Shown here: positions 24,535-38,102 of the stretch, piece by piece
Numbering within the stretch: position 1 is the first letter of the stretch
Layout of the letters: each line of letters starts with the position of its first letter
Source of the DNA: Peribolospora baueri
Lineage: Eukaryota
NCBI GenBank assembly: GCA_029717555.1
Contig: JAMDHS010000049.1
Location: forward strand, 62,001-126,000
Length of the DNA stretch: 64,000 nucleotides
Reading direction: 5' to 3'
Program-made: the position numbers and the translations under genes
The notes under the pieces: model-generated
The model's database searches: none
What the model was told of the DNA's origin: nothing
Seen by the model: the letters and a program-made list of their open reading frames with translations, nothing else

Positions 24535-26826
24535 ATGGCGACGGTATCCTCTCAACAGCAGCAGCAGCAGCAGGTTCCCGACCCCAGCGCATGGCACCGG
24601 CCTCTTCGCATCGGTTTCCTTCACCCGGACTTGGGCATCGGTGAGCCTGTCCTGCTTGCATGATGTGCGCGATGGGCTCGCACAAGCGGCGCTCACCTCG
24701 TTGATGGGACATCTGATCATGACCTTCCTTCCCTTGTCTCTCTCGGTCACCGCTCGCCGGCCTTGGCTGGACAGGGGGAGCGGAGCGATTGGTCGTTGAC
24801 GCCGCGGTCGGGCTGCAGCATCTGGGTCACCACGTCGAGATCTTCACCTCTCACCACGATCCTTCGCACTGCTTTGAGGAGACGCGCGATGGTGCGTGCG
24901 TGCTTGCCCACGAACTCGGCTCACTGGCCTGACGTGCTGGACGCTCCGTCTGGCTTTCTTACTTCCTCATGGCCTTGCCCGTGCGCTGATCCTATCTGGC
25001 GCGCTCATCCGCCCTGGACACAGGCACGCTAAAAGTGCACGTTCTCGGCGCAACCCTTCCTCGGTCCATCGCCTCTGCTTTCCTTCTCCCTATGGCCATC
25101 CTGCGCCAGCTCCACCTCATCTTCCTCCTTCTTCTCTCCCTCGTCCTCTACCGCCTCCCTCTCCCCGCCTCCCTCAAACGGGCATTGTCGCCTCATGGTC
25201 TTTCTCCAGAAGGTACACCTCCGTTTGACGTTTTCTTCATTGACCAGCTCAGCGCCGGCGTACCCTTCCTAAGATGGCTCTCCCAAACCAGAGCGGTGTT
25301 TTATTGTCACTTCCCAGACAAGGAGGTCGGGCTGGAGATTGCGACCAGGAGGGCGGCGGAGCAGGGAAGGAAGGGCGGGGGGACGAGTTGGTTGAGGAGG
25401 ATATATCGTCTACCGTGGGACTGGCTGGAGGAGACCACGACTAGTGAGCGAGATTCTCTATCTATCCGTCCATCACCTCGACCGGACTTGCATTCGCTCA
25501 ATTCAAAGCGTCAACTCGTTCGCTCTTCCGGTACAGACAATGCCGACAAAATCCTCGTCAACTCCGATTATACGGCGTCTGTCTTTCGAACGTCGTTCCG
25601 ACGCCTCCAGCGCACGCCACGTACGCTCTACCCTGGCATCGATCTCGCGGCGTACGACGAAGAGAGCGTGCGCGCGGTCTTGGAGCGCACGGAATCGAAA
25701 GAGCTGGCGGTCGTGCAATCGTGAGTGCAGCACACGCGTCTACGGAGCCCGCTCGGAGATGGAACGCTCAACCGACACCAACGGGCCCTCTCACCGTTAT
25801 ACAGTTCTCGCCCGACCCTCTTGTCCATCAACCGCTTCGAGGGCAAGAAGAATGTCGCGCTAGCGATCCAGGCCTTTTCGCGAGTCGTGGGAGAGACCGT
25901 CGCTTCCTCCACGCTGGCCAAGAGACGTCTTCGCCTCGTCGTAGCCGGTAAGTACGCGTTCGCCTTGAAGACAAGCCCGATCTCTTATCTCATTAATGAG
26001 TCTCGGTGGAACCGTCGCACATCGCTTTTGTCCAGGTGGCCACGACCCTCGTGTGAAAGACAACGTCGACACTTTGGCATCCCTGCAAGCTCTCGCGCAG
26101 AGTCTCTCCCTCTCCCACGCGACCATCCAGGCGCGCTCGGGCGGCACGCTATCCTCTCACGGCACCAGCTCCCCGTCATCGGCCGCATCGGAAGCAGACG
26201 TCCTGTTTCTCCTCAACCTTACCACAGCTCAGCGGACAGCGCTCTTGACGAGCCCGGACACCCTCGTACTCCTCTACACTCCCCCGAACGAGCACTTCGG
26301 CATCGTGCCTCTCGAAGCTATGGCCTGCGGTCTCCCTGTTCTCGCCGTTGACCATGGCGGACCGAAGGAGACGATCGTCGACGCCAGCGCGGAGCTCGGA
26401 CTGCCACCGATCCCGTCGTCCTCTCCTGCCCCTGGCAGCGAGGCTGAGAAGGTCGCGCCGTCGGCGTCGACGTCGGGTAAACTGGGCACCGGTGTCCTCC
26501 GACCGACCGACCCAGAGGCCTGGTCGTCGGCTCTGCTCGCTCTCATCTCTCTACAGCCCGCTCAACGCTCCGCCCTCTCTTCCGCCGCCAGAGCTCGCGT
26601 CCGCGAGCGTTTCACCCTAGATGCCATGTCCAGCTCTCTCTCCCACATCCTCCGTGAGGTCTCTTCGGCGGGCGCGGTCGGCCTTGAGGACGGCCTATTG
26701 TTGTGGATCACCTCGTGGGCTTTGGTGATCTTGCCGTCCGCGTTTATCTTTGTCATCCTCCGTTTCGACGGAGGCGGTCTCGCAGCTATGGAGAGGGAGA
26801 CGGCGGCTGCCACCATTGGGGCCTAG
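24535..26826 (+). CDS. ALG2: Alpha-1,3/1,6-mannosyltransferase (GT4), multi-exon
   Basis: [79 protein letters not shown]. Confidence 0.95.
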
Positions 26827-27006
26827 AGTTTAAGCCAACCCATGTCTGTGCGACCCCCGCTCCGTCCTCGTCCTAGTCCTCGTCCTCGTGTCATTTTCCA
26901 TGTCTCCATCCCATGAAAGCACCTGTTTCCAAGTGAGGACATAGGCCAAGAGGGGGGAGAGATAATAAAGAAGGGCACGGGCGGAGCTTCGATCCTCCTC
27001 GCTCGA

Positions 27007-27900
27007 CTAGAGCTTTTCCTTTTTCGCCTCCTTGAGCCAGTCCTCGCCGGAGACGAGAATGCAGGGCCCGCCGAGGACGACGCGGTCCTGCACGCCCGCC
27101 TCCTTCACCCACGCTTTGACCTTATCGTCCTCCGCGCCCGGCTGGAGCCAGGCATAAGGGACACCGAGCTCCAGGAGGGCGTTTTGGAGCAAGGGGAGCG
27201 TGATGTGCGGCGGGGTGATGATGGAGAGCGACGTGTTGGACGGGAAAGGCAGCGAGTTTGCACTCGTCACCACGTCGAGCGACTCGATCTGCTTCTCTTT
27301 CTGAATTGGATAGGAAGTGTACGCGCGTTGGAGAAGTCGAGTGACGAGGAGGCAAAGAGGACGGTCAAGAAGGATAAGGACGAAAAGGACGAAAGAGAGG
27401 AAACACAGAGTCGGACGCCAACGTGTTTCGAGACGAACGGGGAATGGAGTCCGTGTTCTTCCGCAAAGCAAGCACCAACTCACCGGGTGAATGGGCGTGA
27501 CAGGAAGATTGTGCGCTTGATACCTGGTTTCAGCATGTCCAAACGAAGCAACGGGGATCGACGAAAGCGGAGAAAGAAGGCATGTAAGAGCGCGAGGATG
27601 TTACTGCCAAGTCGGGCACGCCACAGGGAAGTGGCACGGAGCTCTTGGTGCCGGCAGCGAAGCGATTCTTGACTTTCTGTGAAAAGCTCACCATCGAAGA
27701 ACCTGATTATCATAGTGAGAGACAAGGAACCTCGTCAGCCGTACTGACCTGGGCCAGACGACCATCGTACGCGGGTGTTACCAACGAAATGTCACTTGAG
27801 CATATCTCACCTTGTTCCCATACTTGGCCCTGTCCTTCGACGCTCCCGCGACGGCGAAGGAGGAGGACTGGAAGAAGTGATTCAGCGCGGCTTGGGACAT
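27007..27900 (-). CDS. Small CoA-binding (YccU-like, Rossmann-fold) protein; 4 exons including an 11-nt microexon at 27692-27702
   Basis: Spliced product MSQAALNHFFQSSSFAVAGASKDRAKYGNK-VLRW-YQAHNLPVTPIHP-KEKQIE..SIITPP..WLQPGAEDD..GGPCILV matches the CoA_binding_2 pattern. Confidence 0.85.
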
Positions 27901-28508
27901 GTTTTCCAAGGCGCAAGCAATGGTATGGGACGACTGGAAGGAGAGAGGCTCGTATCGGACGTCTGTAGCACGCACCGCACTATAGACGTGGGGATCGCTA
28001 CCGGTTGCGTGATCGTCGCTTCGATTGATCTGAACAGCGGATATAAATAAGATCAAGGTCAAGCCAAGTAATACAATCTTCAAATCACCTGTGGACGGCG
28101 ATCGACCTTTCGGAGAAGTGCCCGTACTGAATCGTCCGACCGGCGACCTGAGTGTCCTTGAAGCTGAGCTCTATCTCGTCGACCTCATGCTTGTCTCCCT
28201 TGTTCAACTCCGTTCTTCAACCCCCTTGAGGCGAGCAGAGCAGCATAAAATATCTTGCCAGCGACGCCGCGGGTGCTGAACACCGCCAGAGCCGTGCTCC
28301 TCCATCTCGCCCCGTCTGCGTGCTGTCTGGAGGGCATCTCAAGCCTAGTGAGGAAAGAAAGGACAGACGCCATGGATGGTCATGCAAGCAGTTGGGGGCG
28401 GCATTACAACCGCAAGCATTCTAATAATACATATGAGCATCTGAGAAGCAAAGGGAATACGAGGGAAACACCGGCCAAGGACGCTGGCAAGCGCACGCGC
28501 ACGAGCAC

Positions 28509-29329
28509 CTATGCGCCCCTCTGGATCCTCTCCAACATGACCTCCATCCTCGCGCCTAGATCCGGTTGACCCCTCTTGCCTCCCTTCTCACTCGTGCTCC
28601 GTTTCTTCCACGCCTCGCGCGCCCTTGCCCGAATCGCCATTCGCTCCTCCTTCGACGGGCCTTGTCGTTCGGTAATGGCGGAGTCCGACGGGCCATCTTC
28701 CCGTTTCTTGCTATTTCCCTCCTTCCTTCGTCTCTGTCGTAAAGGTCGGACGGACAGGAAAGCACTGGCAGGATCTGCTTCCTGGTCGTTGCCTTCGGGA
28801 GCGAATCGCCCTTCCTCTCGTCTGTATTTTGCAAAAAAGTCGGACGCGCCATCGTCGTCTTCCGGTCGTCGTCCTGTTCCCGACTCGGAATCTGACGAAG
28901 CCGCCAACCGGTAGTCGTCCTCATCATCTCCCATCTCTTCTCCGTCTTTCCCCCATGCCCGCCGTTCACCCTTCCCCTCGTCGGCCGTTCCACGAGATTT
29001 CACATCTCGGCCTAGAGCCGTCGCGTTGGACCCGGTCGCGTCGCCCGAGCGCGCCAGACCCTTGTAAAAGGACTTCTTGATCTTTGCACGAGAGATGAGT
29101 TCCGATTTGATACGTTTGGCTGCGAGTGAGCACGGAAAGGCAGAGAGACGAAGAACGCGATGCGGTGAGGGTTGGTGACAAGTAGTCATTAGAGGAGGAT
29201 GCGCTCGGCAGGCTCACCCTTGCCGAGGTAGGCCCCTTTGGGGGGGTGAGCAGGTCCAACTCTGAAGCCCCCCTTCTTCCCTTTGGAAGTATGGGGCTTT
29301 CCCCGGGTAGGGCCACTTCTGGCCGTCAT
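28509..29329 (-). CDS. FYV7: rRNA-processing protein Fyv7-like; one intron (about 29121-29217)
   Basis: N-terminal GAYLGKAKRIKSELISRAKIKKSFYK and C-terminal KRGQPDLGARMEVMLERI are characteristic of the Fyv7/rRNA_processing family. Confidence 0.78.
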
Positions 29330-29649
29330 GGATGATTGAAGTCAGCAGAGCACGTCCAGACCGGATCGGCAGCGAGCACGGACGATGGAATTGACTGCGG
29401 CCGGCGATCGCGGAAGAGCGAACGTGGGAGTTTGGCAGGCGGTGCTGCGGCCATGCCAACGACCAGACTAGGCAGGCCCCGCGCCGTGCGACGACGTCTG
29501 TTCACGACGACAAACGACGACCAACTTAACGGTTCATCTCATCTCCCTCGTCTTCTCGCCTTTGTACTCTACCACCACCCGCCACACCCCACCCACCACC
29601 CATCCCGACTTACCTAGCACAAGTGAGCGCGCCTCATCAGCCAGGTTTC

Positions 29650-30318
29650 ATGAACACGTCAAGCCTCCAGAACCTTGCCAGCTACGGTGAGTGGACGAGA
29701 TGCCGATTCCTTTCCCTTTCGCCACTCGCAAGGTCCTCGCATTCTTGAATGTGGAATGGTTGAACTGTTGCGCTCTGGACGTTGCATTTGCCTTTTTCAT
29801 TCTTTTGCCACTCTACTCGATTCTTTTTTTCGCCTACCTTGTCTTCTTCAAGACCCCTTCGCGGATACTGGTGAAGGTGACGTCAGCATCAAGAAGACCT
29901 CGGAGCAGCAGAACAAAGTCCATATCCGCATCCAGCAGAGGAACGGTCGCAAATCCTTGACTACCCTGCAGGGCCTTCCCAAAGGTAAGCGTCAACGGAC
30001 TTGGAACAACTTTGCCACCGCGCATCTCCGGTATGGCTGGCTGTTGTTGCATTCGCCACCGTCGTTCTCGCCCTTTGCTCGCTGTACCGAAAGTCGCTGA
30101 TCTTACCTCCATCTCCATCTTTCTTGCACCTCCCAGAATATGACCCCAAGAAGCTTCTGAAGGCCTTCAAGAAGGAATTTGCTTGCAATGGCACTCTTGT
30201 TGAGGACGAGGAGCTCGGCCAGGTCATCCAGCTTCAGGGTGACCAGCGCCTCAAGATTGCTAGCTTCCTCAACGAAGAGGGCATCCCTAAGAACACCATC
30301 AAAATCCACGGCTTCTGA
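29650..30318 (+). CDS. SUI1: Translation initiation factor eIF1. Introns 29687-29852 and 29985-30136
   Basis: NLASYDPFAD, VHIRIQQRNGRKSLTTLQG, KAFKKEFACNG, VIQLQGDQR, IKIHGF*. Confidence 0.97.
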
Positions 30319-31283
30319 TCGACGACGACGACGACAACCACGACGACGATTAGGGACGTTCTGTGCTACTTGTTTCTTACGGGGTCGGGAGTGGAAGGCG
30401 GTCGGGCCAATATACTTTCAAGGGTGCTGCTGCGAGTCGGGTGGACGACCATGGCTGGCCGCTGTGCTGGTTGAAGCGGTAGATGTATGCGTTTGGAGTC
30501 ACGCCTCCGTCTTCGCCCCTTACTCGCTCAGATACCGGCCGCCAGCGCCGGTTGTTGGGTTCCGTTAATGGTCCTCCGTCTTGCATTTTTTTCCTCGTGC
30601 ACCTCCTTGATGGCCTCGCATTCCTCGCTACCTCCATCTGCAACATAGTCGCTTCGTCCATTTGTTCTCGTCGTTCCATGTTTTCACGTCTCTGCAGTAG
30701 CCTACCGCCTACCCTTTCATTGATATCATCACCCGTCCCTTTTCCTCTGTCCTCGGGTCTCCCCGTGATGTTCTTTGCTGTCCGTCGGTTGTAATCCTTC
30801 CACACGCTAGTTCCTCAGCAGAGTCACTCCTTTTCCGTGCTCTGCCCTGAGTCGGGACATCCGCGCACAGGATTCCCTTTGCTCCTCGCCTAGCTTCAGC
30901 CAGCATTAGGACCTATGACATGCTAAAGCATGTTTGGAAACCATCACACCATCTTGAAGGCGTCAATGTGTGCGCGTCCACGCGCTCGGAGGATCGCTTC
31001 CGAGGTCGCGACCGGTGAGGGTCGTCAGTGCAAGGGCGAGGAAACGAACCTGGTGAAGGGGGGAGAAGGCCCTAATGCCCTGGTCTCAAAAATTGTGCAG
31101 AGTGGCCAGAAAGCTGTGAGAATTAGGGGGGGGGGGGTTCAAGTCAGGAATAGCCAGCCCTCCTGTCACACAAGCGCAGCGCCAAGGTTGCGCTCGCCAA
31201 ACGGATGGACGAGCTGCTTGTGGTTCGCAGCCACAAAACCCCATTGATTGAGCAGGTAGGCATATGCTACAGTCGGCCAGCGT

Positions 31284-33477
31284 TCATTCTTCGTCGCTCT
31301 CCACGACGAAGCGGGCTGCCCTCCTCGTCGCTTTCCTGCCTCCGGCAATATCCTCGTCATCCTCTCCCTCCGCGTCACGATCTTCTCCTTCCCCTCTGCC
31401 GTCATTGTTGCCGTCGCCGCCGCCTTCCTCCTTGGCTTTCATCCTTTGCTCCTTCTCTCTCTTCTTCGCCTTCTTTCGCTCCCTCGCCTCCCGCTCGATG
31501 GCCGCGTCCGCTTCTTCGATCTCGTCTCTCGGACCATCGCCCTCACCGAGATCCATCTCGTCCTCGCTCCTCTCGCGCCGCCTTCGCGCCCTGCGGCTCC
31601 TCTTGCCGTCTTCCTCAGATGACTCGGCCGATTCACCATACCCAACAGGCCCTTCCTCGTCTTCATCCGCGTCGTCCACCACAAAGTCGTCCGCCTCGTA
31701 CTCGCCTCCGGCCCTGCGCATATCCGCGCGCGTCATGCGACGCTGAACACCTTCGACGCCCATCCCTTCCTCGTCCTCGTCGCCTTCCGCGCCCTCACTC
31801 TCGTCGCTGTAGATCGCCTCTCTGCCATACGATGCTCTACTTCGCCTGTGACCCCCTCCCACTCCTCCACCGTGGGCAGCCCGCACCGCAGCCATCTCCT
31901 TCCTCTTCGCTCTCGCCTTCGCCTGCTGATTCTTGCGGAATTTGGCCTCCTCCTCCGCTTTGACCAGCTCGGGGTCCCTTTCGTTTGCGTCGCTCATCCG
32001 CGTGCGCACCGACCGCTGCTGTTTGACCGCGTTGGCGAGCTTGCGATGCGACTCCGATTGCAGGTTGGCAGGAAGGAAGGTCATTTCACCAGCCATGCGA
32101 GCTTCAATCTCCAGCAGCTCGTTGTGCGCGTCCGAGATGGCCACGAAGCTGTGCAGCCCTCCGGGTGAACCCATCGGTGAGCCTGGCGACATCGGAGAGC
32201 GCGCACTGCCGCTATGCTGCGGTGTCCCGCCCCCTGGAGTCTCAGAGCTTGAGGCAACGCCTTGCAAAGCTTTCTTGAGCAGACCGGGCGCGGAGGATGC
32301 GGACGGAGGTGGACCCTCGTCTCTCCTTTGGATGAGATACTGCTCCCCGCCAAGCTGGAGCGTTGTGGAGCCATCGGACCAGCGGATGATCCTCGCATTT
32401 GATTGTTTTGTCTGCCGCAAGTTGAATTCACAGAGGGAAGGAAGGTCAGCTCCCTGCGCACAAAAAGTCAAGGGGAGGAACAATCACCTGTTCTCCAGTG
32501 TTAGGATCCGTGATATATTGCCAGCGGATCGTGTTCTCCGTCCGAAGAATGAAACTGGCTTCCTCGTTGTTCCTTAAGTTCTCATCGCCCACGTCATTCT
32601 CAGGGTCGTACGACTCGGGATCGAATTCGGTGGGGACGTATTTGAGGAAGTTGGGCAAACGAGCGAGCCAATGCTAGAGGCGGTGGAAAACGGGAATGAG
32701 GGAAGCCATTTTATTTGAGGTAAATATGGATGGGCCTCAGCGCCGTCAACAGTCAGGATAGGAGAAACTGCTTACCTGAGCGCCTTCAGATCGAACGAAT
32801 GGTTGTATCGGTACCGTGGCGGATGCAATCCTCTCTTCCACCTCTTGCTCCTCCTGGTCCTCCTCCGCATACTCGAGCTCAGCTCTGCGCTGTCGTACGG
32901 AGGAGGATGTGGATGCTGAAGACGCGGCAGACCCCAGAGAACTGCAGATTATGTCCACAGTCAGAAAAAAATGCATCGATACTTGACGCGATGGTGATTG
33001 TGAAAAGACGAGGCAAGGAAGACAGAAAGCTCACCCAGCACGGGGCCGTCTGCTTCTCCTCTTCGTCACAGCATCGTCCTCATCCTCTCCCTCGTCCTCC
33101 TCATCTCCCTCGCCGAACAAGCCCCCCTCATCTTCTTCATCATCGTCCGCACCGTCCTTGCCTTCGTCGTCCCCGTCTATGCTCATCCGATCTCCGCCAC
33201 TCGGACTTAATGCATTGTCCTCCTCCGCGGTAGCCATATGAAAATCCTGATCAGAAGAAGCGCCCGTTGGAAAAGATGTGCTGTCCTCGCCATCCACCGC
33301 GACTGACGTGGGCTCTCCTGCCGCGTCGTCTTTCCCCCTCGCGAGCGCAGCGTGAGGCGGAGCGTCCGCACCAACCATCGTGGACTCGTCGGCGGACGCC
33401 TTCGAGACTACGGTGGAGTGTGCGACACCTGCACCGACAACCTCTCCCTCTGGAAAGAGCTGGTCGGCGAGAGACAT
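31284..33477 (-). CDS. LEO1: Paf1 complex subunit Leo1, multi-exon
   Basis: LARLPNFL..FDPESY, ENTIRW and KQSNARIIRWSDGSTTLQLG are the Leo1 domain; acidic N- and C-termini. Confidence 0.9.
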
Positions 33478-34047
33478 GTTGGACGTTGACGAGAGTTTAG
33501 GGAAGCATGCAGCGAGGCGAGCGCGCGAGGCGAGGAGGGGCGATCGCATTGCATCACGTGATAAGCTGGAACGCGCACGTGAGCGAGCGGTCCTTCCCCC
33601 CAAGGGCAGCTACCGCGTATTACATGGCCTTCACTCTGGGATATCCCATGTCGTACCGTCGACGGTAGGATGAAAGATTTCAAGTCCTGGGCAGGGCCAA
33701 CCTCATTGCGTCGCCTCTTTCCTTGTCACATCCAATCACCGGCATAATCGATGTGCATGGCCCTTTCCCACCGCCCTTTCACATTGAAGAGGTCGAGTGC
33801 CCACCTTTGGCACCAGTCCGTCAATGGCTTCGTTCCAAAGAAACGACGTAATAATTCGCAGGACTTGGTCGCCTACTATGAACTCTCCGATAAATGGGTG
33901 TGACATCATTGATTTGGCATGTTCAGAGGGTAGCATTGTCTCGGAAGTGCTCCATTCTGTGTGGGCACCGGAGATGGACCGGGCAGCACGTAAGGTAATG
34001 CTACAAGAGCAAAAGCTTCGACGAGACGAAGCGCGAACCGGAGGACA

Positions 34048-37000
34048 TCACGCTCCGTCCTCATCCTCGTTGTCGCCCAGAAGGTGAGCGTAGTCCTCAG
34101 CGCTGGCAAAAACAGGAGCTTCACGCTTGGCCTTCTTGCGAGCCTTGCGCTCCTTCTTCCTCGCCTCCCGAAGCCTGTCCCGCTTCGTCTGAGGCGTCGC
34201 CGCCTCCTCGTCGGATGACGGGGCGCTTCGCTTGCCCGTCTTCTTCTTCGCCTGCCCATCAGACTCGCCTTCCTCGTCCTCGCTTCCTATGGCGATCGGC
34301 TCGGTGAACGGCATCAGATCGTCCTCGTCCTCGGCGAAGAAGTCCTCCCCCTCGTCGTCTGACATGTCCTGAGGGTCGTATGCAACTCCGGGAGCTTCGT
34401 CCGACTGCACTTCCTTTTCTCCCTCCCCTTCTTCTTTTCCAATCGCCCTATCCTCTTCACCATCGCTCTCCATTCCGTCAATTTCGTCCCCCTCCTCCCC
34501 CTCGGCGCTTTCCAGACCGGACCATCCGTCCTCGTCTTCGTCTGCCCCGCCTTCAATAGCTTTCTTGATAGCCTCGTCATCGCTGTCGGTCCCGTAGTCG
34601 TGTTCCTTCGCATCGTCGCTGTCGTCCGATGAATCACCCTCTGAAACGTCCGAGACGCCGCCTTCGGCACCCGGGAATGACCTCTTCATTGCTTCCCAAA
34701 CCTCCTTCTCGCCCTCGTCGCCTTCCGACACGTCCTGCCCTTCTTCCTCTTCGTCGTTCATATCCGACTTGTCTTCCGCATCGTGCGCGCCTTTTCGCTT
34801 GCCGACCTTCTGCGCCATTGCTTTCTGGCGCTCCACTTTTTGCGTGAAGAACTTGTGGAAGAAGAGCTGCAAGCAAGCAGACAAGTCCACAAAGAAGGAA
34901 ATAGTTAAGATGACGTTCTTCAATGACATGTAGGACGTGGACGCAGCTTCTGGCTCCAAACCTACCTGATCGACCGGCACCTCCGTCGCATTCAACCTCC
35001 AAAACTTCTCGTCGTTCACGCTCATCTCCCCTCGCGCGAAACCGGCAGCCTGGCTGATGAGCATTCCACTCCTGTCTTGCCCGGCCGCAGCGGGCTGCAT
35101 GATGCTGGCGCCCTTGACCACGGGCTTTTTCTTGGGGTTGCGATAGACGAAGCGATCGAGGAAGTGGGCCAACGTGTTGAGGTCGAGGTCTGGCGTTGTC
35201 GTGACGATCTCGCCTGCGAGCAGTTGCCGGGCGTGCAATGACACGGATGGGTGGAAGTGATGGAGAAAGGGAAGCTGACGACAGGAAACGACGGGCGGAC
35301 ATTAGCGTTTTCGCGAGATGAGCCGAACACGCAGGTTCAGTCTCGTGACGTGCATTTCGAGCCCTCACTCACCAGCTCCCACAAGCAGGTGTTCTGAGCA
35401 TTGCTATATTGCGGGTCTCGTTTCCGGCCGTCGTATTTTCCGCGTCGACCCCGTCCCTGCTCCGCCTCCGCATCTCGCCCAGCGTGGCTGGCTTCCTCCT
35501 GCTCCTCTTCCGAGTCGTGCACGTCACCGAAGTGCTCCTCGTCCTCTTCTTCCGGATCAGTCAGCATCCCGCGCAGACCCGGGATGCTGGAAAAGAGCTG
35601 TGAAAGCAAGAGCACCGACTCGTCATCGCAAACACGTCCAAAAAACGACTATCAGTTCTTGATTCGCCTGCTCACCTGTCCCAGAAGGTAAAAGGCGCCA
35701 CAAACAAACGGCGGGTCCATGCCGGACATGACCTGAAGCAGACGTTTCACGAACGACCGGACCCGTCGTGGGTCCGTGTCCGCCTTGATGGCCTTGAAGA
35801 GTAGGTTAAGGTACATGGCCTGCTTGCTCGTGTTGGCAAGGCGGGAATCGATGAGGGACTCGTACAGCGTGCGATAAAAGCGGGCGGTGATGGACGCGCT
35901 GGCCAGGGTGTTCGAGGAGACGAGTGTGTAGATCAGAGTCAATGCTTGGATGCTGACATTGAATGTTCCGGAGTGAGTGATCCTAAACAAGGTGGCCAAA
36001 CGGGCGTCGAACCTGCGAACAAAGAGGAAGGGGGAGAGTATGAAGATCAGCGCTTCGATGCTCTCGGAACAAAGAGGGAGGACGGAGACTAAACAACGCA
36101 CGCATCCGCCTCCACTTTCGCGAACGGCAGTGCACGGTTCACTCCGGTGAGGATGGCCGCCATAATTTTTGCCTCTGCGTCGGAAAGTTGTCGGTTCTTC
36201 TCTGGAAGGGAGGCTTTGCCTTTTCCCTTCGCCTTCTTCCCGTCTCTCCAGCGCCCCTTGTCCTTCTTTCCTCCAGCCCCCTTGCCGCCCTCTTCTTCGC
36301 TTCCCTCAGCTCCACCCTCGGCTCCATCGGCGGCTATACCTCGCTTCTCGTCCCGTGCGCCTTCGCCTCGCTCCTTCAGCACGTTTTCGAAGAGTTCGAA
36401 GTACACGTCGATGAGTTTATTGGCCACTTCCTGGTCCTTGCGCGTCAAGGTGGTCTGGTTCAGTGTGAGCACGCCGTAATACGTAGCGTGGTGGTTGTGC
36501 TTGGACGCCCCCGCAGCTGATGATCCCGTCTTAGGAGCAGCCTTTTTTGCAGCTTTTCCATCATCCTCGTTATCAAACTTGATGTGTGTACCCTCAGGCT
36601 TGGCGGCCATAGCGGAAGTGTATTGCGAAGCGGACGCTTGAAGTTGTGCGGTCGTGCTAGTTGGCGGCCGGAGAACGATCGATGCGACTTCCCGAACGAC
36701 GATCGTTTTCATGGCCGGATGAACCTGCAGAAGCTGAAGCAGATGATATGACGCCTTGGAAGCGATGGAGCGGTCACTGTCGCCAAGTTTATTGACCAGT
36801 AGGCGAAGAAGGTTCTGCTCCTGCTCCGACTTGTCCTTGAGCAGCTGAAAGACGTGAGCTATCCCTTGAGATCGCACGAAGGGAAGTGGATCGTGCGAAT
36901 GGACCTGAATAGAAAAATGAAGCTTGTTATCAGCATTCGACACGAAGGTTCTGCGACCATCGAGAGCTGTGGTAGCGTGCGCTCCCTTACCTCGAGCAAA

Positions 37001-37860
37001 CGGAGAAATTCAAAATACCACTTCTTCATGTGGTCTTCGAAGGCAAAGAAGACGAGGTGCGCTGGAGAGGCAGATACCGCTTCGGCGTTCGAAGCAAGTA
37101 ATGGCTGATCGCGGAAATACCTGCGCACCGAGGAACAGTAAGGAGAGAGGGCTCGAACCTCAGCATAAACATCTCGGGACATGTTTCTCAAAGAGTATGG
37201 CCGCTCACCTCAATTTTCGGTTTCCCAAGCCACCTCCACCGATTAGCCAGTCTAACAACGCTCTCGTAGCTCGACCGCTCTCTTCCCTTCCCTTTTTCGC
37301 CGCCATGCCCTTCAGGGTGTCCAGCGCCTTCATATTATGCAGCGGCGAGCTCTGCAAGAGCAAAGTCAGGGCTGAGATACGGTCGGAGAGGGTACCAGAA
37401 GATAGAATGGTGGAGAGGAAGCGAGCATCTGAGGCGGAGAGTGTGCCGACCGGGGCGCCTGAACCTGAAGAGGCTCCCGAGGCGGCAGCGAAAGCGTCGT
37501 TCTCCGCGGCGAGGTACTCGTAAGCCCGCTTCTGAAGCCCTGTGATCTGGGAGTCAGAGAGTGTTTTCCGTTTAGTCGGAGACGTAGACGGGAGTGCCGG
37601 AAGTTGCATCGTTGTCCAGTGAGGTGTCGGGGCAAACAGCTAGAAAGGGAAGGCCACGGTCAGCAACCGTGCACAAGCAGAGGCGTGCAAATGAACGTCT
37701 CTTGCAAATGCAAGGCTCAACCTACCAGGCTCGTCTTGCCCTTGCCCTCCGTTCCCTTTCCCTCATTGCCCTTTCCTTCCGTTCCCATTCCCTCCTTACC
37801 CTTCCACTTTCCCTTACCCTTACCCTTTCCTTCCATGTTTTTGTGCACCTTGCTCGCCAT
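34048..37860 (-). CDS. MAK21: Ribosome biogenesis protein Mak21/Noc1 (CBF domain, CEBPZ homolog), multi-exon
   Basis: SGTLSDRISALTL, EQEQNLLRLLVNKLGD, AILTGVNRALPF, RFYRTLYESL, KQAMYLNLLFKA, YDGRKRDPQYSNA, HFHPSV, FLDRFVYRNPK, PVFASAEDYAHLL. Confidence 0.93.
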
Positions 37861-38102
37861 ATTTACGACTGTAGTGGTGGTCACGGCGTGCGAAAGCCGG
37901 CGAGTACTCCAACCTTCGAATGGGAGAAACTGCGGTAGATCTTCCCCTGCTGCGGTACCCGACACCGTCATTGCCATGCCCGAGCTGCTGCGGCCGATCA
38001 TGGCCGGCTCAAGCTCCGGTACCATCCAAGCCTCGGTGCCATTCTCCAACCGCCCTCCTCCATTCTCCCTCCCGTTCCTCATACTCTCCATCTCCGCGCG
38101 CC

